DNA of 64,000 nucleotides from Syntrophales bacterium (GTDB lineage Bacteria; Desulfobacterota; Syntrophia; Syntrophales; PHBD01): NCBI GenBank assembly GCA_963668175.1, contig OY764159.1, positions 3,648,001 to 3,712,000 of the forward strand, read 5' to 3'. Shown piece by piece: positions 57,730 to 64,000 of this stretch (position 1 is its first letter; each line of letters starts with the position of its first letter). The notes under the pieces were generated by a model. It saw only the letters and a program-made list of their open reading frames with translations, ran no database searches and was not told where the DNA came from. The position numbers and the translations under genes were made by a program.

Positions 57730-58416
57730 TCATTTCAGAACGATGAGGGCATCCACGGCAACGGGGGCTCCCCGCGACAGAATGATCGGGTTGATGTCGA
57801 CTTCCCTGATCACACGGTTCTCCAAGCCGAGACGCCCTACCCGGATGAGCATATCCGCCAGTTTATCCTTGTCGGCCGGCTCCATGCCTCTTACAGGCCC
57901 TAAAATCCCGTGGCCTTTGATCTCCTCCATCATGCCCAGCGCATCCTGCCTTTCGAGAGGCACCCGGCGGAAAGAGACGTCCTTGAGGATTTCGGTAAAT
58001 ATCCCGCCCAGTCCGAACATCACACAGGGTCCGAACTGGTCGTCCCTGGTCAATCCCATGACAAGCTCACGGCGGCCCTGAATCATCTCCTGGACAAGGA
58101 CACGGCCGCTTGCCCCGTTCATTCGTGCCATGATCGCATCGAAGGCCTCCAGGGCTTCCTCCCTGCTCCGCACATCCACCCGGACCATTCCCTTTTCTGT
58201 TTTATGGGCGATATCAGGGGAACAGCCTTTTACGACCAGGGGATACCCCATCCGGTCGGCGGCTTTGACCATATCGTTTCGGTTTTCAACGAGGAATTCC
58301 CGCGTTACGGGAATCCCGTAAGAGGCGAGAACCTGTTTGGCATCATATTCAGAAAGCGTTTTCCGCCCCGCGCCAAGTGCGTCTGCGATGATCCGGACAG
58401 CGGTCTCTTCACTCAT
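57730..58416 (-). CDS. ADP-forming acyl-CoA synthetase, beta subunit (ATP-grasp)
   Basis: LSEYDAKQVL..YGIP, GYPLVVK, AHKTE, DQFGPCVMFGLGGIFTE, DINP. Confidence 0.9.
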   Translation of the reverse strand: MSEETAVRIIADALGAGRKTLSEYDAKQVLASYGIPVTREFLVENRNDMVKAADRMGYPLVVKGCSPDIAHKTEKGMVRVDVRSREEALEAFDAIMARMNGASGRVLVQEMIQGRRELVMGLTRDDQFGPCVMFGLGGIFTEILKDVSFRRVPLERQDALGMMEEIKGHGILGPVRGMEPADKDKLADMLIRVGRLGLENRVIREVDINPIILSRGAPVAVDALIVLK

Positions 58417-59927
58417 GCGGATATCTCCCTTCCCTTGTAATAGGCGTTAACCAGGCCGATCGCCCGGAGGGCGTCTCCGATCTCATCGAAAACCGGTATG
58501 CCCCTGGCAAGGAATGCCTCCCTGGCCTTTCCCAGCATTTCGACGATGTCCATATCGGCAAGCCCCCTCTTCGGATTGGGAAGTACCATTACGACGGGTT
58601 TATCCGTTTCCGAAACGACATCTCCGACGACATCCGCCAATTCCAGGTAGGGCGTTACGGAGGCGACGGTTTTCCCTCCGGCGACGGCAATGGCCTTGTA
58701 ATGATAAAGAAGGCTTATCATGACCTGGAGATGGACTCTTTCGTCTTCGGCAGCCAGCAGGAGGATTTCTTTCAGTGTCCGGGGAGGAACGTAGGGATTC
58801 GCCACGTCGATGGGATTTCCGGCACTCGATCCAGGCCGGGGCAACAAGGCCTCGATACGTCCCCTGAGGTCGGCCGGCAGCGGCGGTATGTCGATACCGG
58901 TGGATTCAGCCTCGTCGCAGGCGGCGACCCCGAGTGCTCCGCCTCCGCCGATAACGGAAATGGACGGGAATACCCTGGGCGGCAGGAGCGCAAAGGCAAG
59001 ACTCGCCTGGGCCATCTCCCGCATATTCCCCACCTGTATCGCCCCGGCTTGCCTGAGAACGGCCGGCCAGATGATCCGGCTTCCGCCCATCGACGCCGTA
59101 TGACTCACGACAGCCCGTTGCCCCGCCTTGGACAGACCGCCTTTCAGCACAATGATGGGCTTCCGCGCGGCTACGGATTTCAGCGCCCGGAAAAAACCGT
59201 CTCCGTCGGCAATCCCTTCCACGTACATGGCAATGACCCGCGTTTCGGCATCTTCGCCCAGGTACGTGAGGAGTTCCGCCTCCCTGAGGTCCGCGCCGTT
59301 GCCGAAGCTGACCACCTTGCTGAACCGGACTCCCATCCATTTCCCCGTATTGGCAAAATCGATGGCCATGCCGCCGCTTTGAGACAGAAAGGCGACAGAT
59401 CCGCTTTCTCTCGACAGGTCGGGACCGGGCATGAACGTGAGGCCGCTTTTTGGACAGTAGATGCCGAAACAATTAGGCCCGATGACCCGGATGCCGCGGA
59501 CGGCAGCCACCCGGATGTCGTTCTCCAGAGTCTCGCCTTCGGCGGTTCCCAACTCGCTGAAACCCGAAGAAATGACCTCGGCGCCGGCCGCCCCTTTCAG
59601 ACGGCAGGCCTCCAAGGCCGCCGGCACCAGACGAGCGGCTACGGCGATCACGGCAAAATCTATCTCCCCGGGAATGTCCTCTATGCTCCTTTGAATAGGA
59701 CACCCGGCGAATTGCCCCCCTTTCGGATTGACCGGAATGAGCTCGCCTTCGAAGCCCATGGACTTCATCGCCATGAAGACGCCGTTGCCGAAACCGACGG
59801 TCCCGCCGTCGGACGACACGCCCACCACGGCGATGCGCCGGGGATGGAAAATACGTTCATAGTCGGTTATCCTCGCCGCCGCTCCGCATTCCGTCGCACC
59901 AACCGCTTCCGAAAATTCAGGCGCCAT
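58413..59927 (-). CDS. ADP-forming acyl-CoA synthetase, alpha subunit (CoA-binding + ligase domains)
   Basis: PVNPK, SSGFSE, GPNCFG, SQSGG, SFGN, SHTAS (phospho-His), NPID. Confidence 0.9.
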   Translation of the reverse strand: MAPEFSEAVGATECGAAARITDYERIFHPRRIAVVGVSSDGGTVGFGNGVFMAMKSMGFEGELIPVNPKGGQFAGCPIQRSIEDIPGEIDFAVIAVAARLVPAALEACRLKGAAGAEVISSGFSELGTAEGETLENDIRVAAVRGIRVIGPNCFGIYCPKSGLTFMPGPDLSRESGSVAFLSQSGGMAIDFANTGKWMGVRFSKVVSFGNGADLREAELLTYLGEDAETRVIAMYVEGIADGDGFFRALKSVAARKPIIVLKGGLSKAGQRAVVSHTASMGGSRIIWPAVLRQAGAIQVGNMREMAQASLAFALLPPRVFPSISVIGGGGALGVAACDEAESTGIDIPPLPADLRGRIEALLPRPGSSAGNPIDVANPYVPPRTLKEILLLAAEDERVHLQVMISLLYHYKAIAVAGGKTVASVTPYLELADVVGDVVSETDKPVVMVLPNPKRGLADMDIVEMLGKAREAFLARGIPVFDEIGDALRAIGLVNAYYKGREISA

Positions 59928-59964
59928 GATCGATCTCCTTCGGGCGATATTATCTTGTATACTA

Positions 59965-60375
59965 TCATTTCAGATCCTTCAGCATGCGCTCCAGGAGCAA
60001 ACGTTCCTCTATTCGGAACGATGCCATGACTGCATTGTTGACAGCTTCGATTTTTTTAAGGAATTCGTCCCTCAAGGACAAGGCCTTGACCGTGAGATTG
60101 ATATGAACCAGCCGGCGGTCGTCGCTGTCCGCTTGCTTTGCAATCCACCCCGCTTCCGTCATGCGCTCCAGCACGCCGGAGAGCGTGGCGCTGTCCAGTT
60201 GCAGCCGCCGTCCTATTTCCCCGGCAATGAGCCCGTCTTCCTCATAGAGGGCATGAAGGATCAGGCCCTGCAAGGGCGTCAAGCCGAACGGCTGGAGATG
60301 GCCCTTGAAAATCCCGTGCACGCGCTGATTGGCCTTGGCCAGGATGAAGAGGATGACGTGCTCGTAATGGATCAA
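59965..60375 (-). CDS. MarR family transcriptional regulator
   Basis: LTPLQ, LDSATLSGVLERM..AGW, DDRR. Confidence 0.9.
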   Translation of the reverse strand: MIHYEHVILFILAKANQRVHGIFKGHLQPFGLTPLQGLILHALYEEDGLIAGEIGRRLQLDSATLSGVLERMTEAGWIAKQADSDDRRLVHINLTVKALSLRDEFLKKIEAVNNAVMASFRIEERLLLERMLKDLK

Positions 60376-60388
60376 GATGGACCTCCAA

Positions 60389-60432
60389 AATTGTTAGTAT
60401 ACTAGATAATTGTATCCGACATCGCGTGTCAA
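60389..60432 (-). promoter_or_regulatory. Promoter with probable MarR operator for the marR-acyl-CoA synthetase operon
   Basis: TTGACA on minus strand (60432-60427); palindrome TAGTATACTA (60395-60404) flanked by AATT. Confidence 0.55.
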
Positions 60433-60450
60433 GAAATTTCTCTCAAAAGC

Positions 60451-60487
60451 AAAAAAAAGACCGCCGGGACCGTTCCCGGCGGTCTTT
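60451..60487 (-). terminator. Intrinsic terminator of the sulfurtransferase gene
   Basis: AAAGACCGCCGGGA/TCCCGGCGGTCTTT stem with an A-run (U-tract on the minus strand). Confidence 0.85.
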
Positions 60488-60520
60488 GATCGTTAGGATG
60501 AGTTTCTGTCTTGTCGGACG

Positions 60521-61426
60521 CTACGGTTGAGTGGACGTTTCGATGGGCATCAGGGAATCCAATGACCATTCCTGCATGGAGCCGTCGTAGACTTTGACGT
60601 TCTTATAACCCAGGACGTCCGCCATGACGAAGGCCCAAGACGTCGCCACGCGGCCTGAATCGCAGATGACGATAATTTCCTTGTTGAGATCGGAGCCCGT
60701 CACCTTTTCCGCTACAGGTGCAAGTTCGGATTTACCTCTGAAGAGACCCTCCGGCGTAAAGATCATGCTCGCCGGGAGATTGAGTGAACCTTTGATTCTG
60801 CCCGCCTTGGCAACGAAAGGAAGCTTCTCCTTGCCGGAATAGAAAGCCGGGGCACGGGCATCGATCAGCGTCAACTTGCCCACGCTGTTTGCAACGTAGG
60901 CTTTATCCACGAAGAGATTCCTCGACATAGATGAACTGTAAGACTTTGCTTTTGGCTTCACCGCGTCCTGTGAAATGGTTTTGCCTTCCTTCTGCCACTT
61001 GTCTTCACCGCCGTTCAGTATGGACACATTCTCCACTCCGGCCGACTTCAACGTCCAGGCAACCCGGGTCATATCGAACTGATCGACAACTTTCTCCATC
61101 TTCCCGACAACGACAACCCAGGATGATTTCTCGATTCCGGCGTTACCGATCAGGTCCATGAGATCGTCCCACGGCGGCAGTTCGTTCAGCAAATCGCCCC
61201 GCTTCACGGCCCATGCCCCGTAGAAGACGTTCACCGCCCCCGGGATATGGCCAGCCTTATAGTCCTCCACTTTTCTGATATCCACGACGATAACCTTCGG
61301 ATTCGTCAAGTTTTTCTGAAGCCAGTCGGTAGATACGACGGCGTCGGTTTCCCTGGCGAGCGCCGTCATAGGAAGACCCATCAGGAAAAGCGCGATGAAC
61401 ACCATCAACCATCTTGTTTTTCTCAT
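60521..61426 (-). CDS. Exported two-domain rhodanese/sulfurtransferase
   Basis: Signal peptide; VSTDWL, GHIPGA, LNGG, DAR, CDSGRVA active-site loop, YDGSMQEW. Confidence 0.9.
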   Translation of the reverse strand: MRKTRWLMVFIALFLMGLPMTALARETDAVVSTDWLQKNLTNPKVIVVDIRKVEDYKAGHIPGAVNVFYGAWAVKRGDLLNELPPWDDLMDLIGNAGIEKSSWVVVVGKMEKVVDQFDMTRVAWTLKSAGVENVSILNGGEDKWQKEGKTISQDAVKPKAKSYSSSMSRNLFVDKAYVANSVGKLTLIDARAPAFYSGKEKLPFVAKAGRIKGSLNLPASMIFTPEGLFRGKSELAPVAEKVTGSDLNKEIIVICDSGRVATSWAFVMADVLGYKNVKVYDGSMQEWSLDSLMPIETSTQP

Positions 61427-61519
61427 TCTACACCTCCAAATTTTCATTATTGTCTGTCGATATTTATTTGATACCCTATCCGTAAGGTCTGACATTATCT
61501 GTTGTTTCTAAATCTTTTC

Positions 61520-61711
61520 TTATTCCGCCTTATCCCGGCATGTCGAAAAGCCAAAAGGCAGGTACGCCGGGCACCAGCGGATGATGCCGGTTACGATCGG
61601 GACAAGTCCCAATGCCCCCCACCAGCTTTGATAGATGACGCCTAAAACAACGATGCCAATTCCGACAATGAACCGCATCATTCTGTCCGCTCCGCCGACG
61701 TTGCATCGCAT
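61520..61711 (-). CDS. DUF2892 (YgaP-like) membrane protein
   Basis: MRCNVGGADR..R, two TMs, WCPAY.PFG.STC; AGGAGG RBS. Confidence 0.9.
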   Translation of the reverse strand: MRCNVGGADRMMRFIVGIGIVVLGVIYQSWWGALGLVPIVTGIIRWCPAYLPFGFSTCRDKAE

Positions 61712-62032
61712 AGTCTTCTGTCCTCCTTCCATGAACGCTGTTCAGCAGACGACCTCACCTTTCTTTTTGCCCGCTTTCAATCTTTCATCACTGTCTTCGT
61801 ATGTTCAATATAACGATGAGCGGCCGCGCCGTCTATGTGACCGGCTTCCCGGATTGCCTGGCAACTTTTCCCCCGTCGAATCGGCGGCAATGTCCGGTCG
61901 CTGACAGGCGATGAACAATCGGCGCCCCGGATCGCCTTTGAATATCTCCATCTCGAAACGGCCTCCTTTTATAACCAAACGAAACGACAGACCATTTTGT
62001 CATCTCAAGACAAGCCGGCTGTCCGTACCTTG

Positions 62033-62296
62033 CTAGCTCATCCCGATATACCGCGTAAGGGCCCTCTGGAAATCTTCGAGGGTGTTGCCTGGTTCCTCCG
62101 ATGTCTCATCGATACACTGCATAAGATAGTTCTGGATGATGGCGTTTCCCGTGTTTTTGAGGGCCGAGGTCGCCGCAGCCAGTTGGATGAGGATGTCGAC
62201 ACAGGGCTCCTCCCGTTCGACCATGCGCTGGAGGCCCTGGATTTGCCCTTCGATGCGCCGCAGGCGGTTATAGATCTTCTTCCGATGTTCTTTCAT
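62033..62296 (-). CDS. CsoR/RcnR family repressor, CstR-like (persulfide-sensing type)
   Basis: NRLRRIEGQIQG..RM, PCVDIL.Q, YLMQC (Tyr at the usual Cu-binding His position). Confidence 0.88.
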   Translation of the reverse strand: MKEHRKKIYNRLRRIEGQIQGLQRMVEREEPCVDILIQLAAATSALKNTGNAIIQNYLMQCIDETSEEPGNTLEDFQRALTRYIGMS

Positions 62297-62298
62297 GC

Positions 62299-62332
62299 AT
62301 ACCCCCTGGGTATAAATACCCCCTGGGGGTAT
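62299..62332. promoter_or_regulatory. Tandem CsoR/CstR-type operators
   Basis: ATACCCCCTGGGTAT (62299-62313) and perfect ATACCCCC-T-GGGGGTAT (62316-62332) directly upstream of the repressor start. Confidence 0.85.
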
Positions 62333-62384
62333 ATATAACCACTTTTTCGAGGATGTCAAATCATTTTGTGAGGATTCTGGATGA

Positions 62385-63131
62385 TTATTCGGAATAGTCT
62401 CGGATCAGTTTCGAACCGTAAATGAAGAAAACTGCTGCATAGACGACCAGCAGGACGAGGGCTACGACGCCTTCCGTATCGAGGGAGGCTTTTCTGATGA
62501 GAAGGTTGGTGTGCGTCAGGGGCAGGATATAAATGACCGCCTTGATCAGCCGCGGCATCCCGTCGATCGGAAAGAACGTCCCGCTGAAGAAGGCCATGGG
62601 CATGATCAGAAAATTGGAATAAGTTGCCGTGTCTTCATGGGACTTGGTCCGCATTCCGACGACCACGCCCAGGTTGGCGAAGAGAAAACAATTCAGGACC
62701 AGCGCCAGAATGAATAACCAGGTGATCTGGAATTGGGCAGAGGATATGTAACCGACTACGACGATTAAGAATGAAGCAAAGAGCCCTTTGGCCATGCCGG
62801 CCAGGACCTCGCCCATCATGATGGCGGAAGGGCGTATGGGGGCCTGGATGAAAATCTGGAAGGTTTTGAAATAGAGCCTGTTGAGATTGAGGGTACTGGA
62901 AACCCACGTATAGGAGTTGTTCATGGAACTCATTGCCACCAATCCCGGGATGAGGAAACTGAGATAGTCGGTTCCCGCGATGCGGACGCTCTTGCCCAAA
63001 CCGAAGCCGAAAGCGATCAAATAGAGGATCGGCACCGCCATAGCGGAGAAAAGGTACCCGAGACGGAAGAATTTCCTTCGGAAGCGGAGCATCTCTTTGA
63101 GAAAAACGGGATACCATCCGGAGTCGATCAT
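62385..63131 (-). CDS. ABC-2 type exporter permease
   Basis: YLSFLIPG, PMAFFSGTFFP, LPLTH; six TMs. Confidence 0.9.
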   Translation of the reverse strand: MIDSGWYPVFLKEMLRFRRKFFRLGYLFSAMAVPILYLIAFGFGLGKSVRIAGTDYLSFLIPGLVAMSSMNNSYTWVSSTLNLNRLYFKTFQIFIQAPIRPSAIMMGEVLAGMAKGLFASFLIVVVGYISSAQFQITWLFILALVLNCFLFANLGVVVGMRTKSHEDTATYSNFLIMPMAFFSGTFFPIDGMPRLIKAVIYILPLTHTNLLIRKASLDTEGVVALVLLVVYAAVFFIYGSKLIRDYSE

Positions 63132-63988
63132 TGGATGCGTTCTCCCGTCAGTTTGATGAAGACATCTTCCAGATTGGTCTTCCTCACAGTCACGCTTCCA
63201 TTTATCGTCCCCGCCACATCATGGGCTTCATGCTTGCTGTGGACGGTCTTCTGGATGAGCCTGCCCTCCGGATCGATATGCTCCACGACATACTCGCCGA
63301 CACAGCTCTTCAGGTTGCCGGGCGTATCGACGGCGATCAGCCTTCCCTTCCTGAGTATCCCCACCCGGTCGCAAAGGGCCTCCGCCTCTTCGATGTAATG
63401 GGTGGTGATGACGACCGTTCTTCCTTCAATCCTGGTCTTCCTGATAATGTCCCACATTTGCCGCCTGATCTGGGGATCGAGGCCGATGGACGGCTCGTCG
63501 AGGAATAGGACCTTGGGCTCGGGCAGAAGCGCCCGGGCCAGGAGCAGCCGTCGCTGCATCCCTCCGGAAAAGCCCGCGACAAGGGTATCCCTCCTGTCCC
63601 AGAGATCGACCATGCGGAGATTGCGTTCGATCTTTGCGGCACGGTCCGCCACGCGGTGGAGCATCGCGTAGATGACCAGGTTTTCCGCAGCGGTCAGTTC
63701 CCGGTCCAGATTGTTCTCCTGGGGGACAACGCCGATCCGCTTCTTGACGGACAGCGGGTCGCGGACAACGTCGATGCCGTCGATGATGCACGTGCCGGCA
63801 TCGGGCCGGCTCAATGTCGTCAGCATCTTGATGGTCGTTGTCTTCCCCGCCCCGTTGGGCCCCAGCAAACCGAAGACCTCCCCCGGATCGACGGCAAGCG
63901 TGATGCCTTCCACCGCCCGGATCGACCCGTAGTTCTTGGTCAGGCCGTCCACAGCAATCATGAAACCGCTGTCTTTCCCTCTGGGCAT
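63128..63988 (-). CDS. ABC exporter ATP-binding protein (DrrA/NodI-type)
   Basis: GPNGAGKT, FSGGMQRR, LFLDEP, TTHY; start may be 63961. Confidence 0.92.
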   Translation of the reverse strand: MPRGKDSGFMIAVDGLTKNYGSIRAVEGITLAVDPGEVFGLLGPNGAGKTTTIKMLTTLSRPDAGTCIIDGIDVVRDPLSVKKRIGVVPQENNLDRELTAAENLVIYAMLHRVADRAAKIERNLRMVDLWDRRDTLVAGFSGGMQRRLLLARALLPEPKVLFLDEPSIGLDPQIRRQMWDIIRKTRIEGRTVVITTHYIEEAEALCDRVGILRKGRLIAVDTPGNLKSCVGEYVVEHIDPEGRLIQKTVHSKHEAHDVAGTINGSVTVRKTNLEDVFIKLTGERIQ

Positions 63989-64000
63989 GTCGCCTCTGTC

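Noticed and set aside
61800..61951. ~48-aa minus-strand ORF with AAGGAGG between the repressor and DUF2892
   Set aside because: Low-complexity, Arg/Gly-rich product with no recognisable motif.
1..64000. CRISPR arrays, tRNA/rRNA, prophage or recognised anti-phage systems
   Set aside because: I saw no periodic direct repeats, cloverleafs, integrases or defence effector genes. The twin cyclases lack an adjacent cNMP-binding effector, so they are not called Pycsar.

Overview
This is a gene-dense chromosomal window from an anaerobic bacterium. The gene content suggests a Deltaproteobacterium, probably Syntrophales-like (inference from many PAS hybrid kinases, ETF, an ADP-forming acyl-CoA synthetase, SOR/bacterioferritin and Pal). 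I found no rRNA, tRNA, CRISPR array, prophage or intact IS element. From start to end it carries: a K+ channel, LysE and NDH-2; two tandem membrane-anchored class III nucleotide cyclases with non-canonical specificity residues; a MarR-lipoprotein-Pal unit with a shared operator; a G1PDH/AraM-like dehydrogenase next to a Fe3+/AfuABC-type ABC importer; c-di-GMP genes (GGDEF, PilZ, HD-GYP) and three PAS hybrid kinases; an oxidative-stress cluster (Bfr, ferritin-like protein, Tat-exported SOR, and a ferritin-like pseudogene remnant); an ECF sigma/anti-sigma operon; a cobalamin riboswitch controlling a 35-aa peptide (CbpA-like, absent from the ORF track) and a radical SAM/SPASM enzyme (CbpB-like); an unannotated pair of tandem Lys-rich 36-37 aa peptides sharing W-x-D-P-x3-P...GL, with their own candidate promoter and terminator; an etfBA / ACAD10-11(Lva)-like kinase-dehydrogenase cluster; a split ADP-forming acyl-CoA synthetase; and a CstR-like repressor with DUF2892 and an exported rhodanese. 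All calls come from reading motifs by eye; no searches were run.
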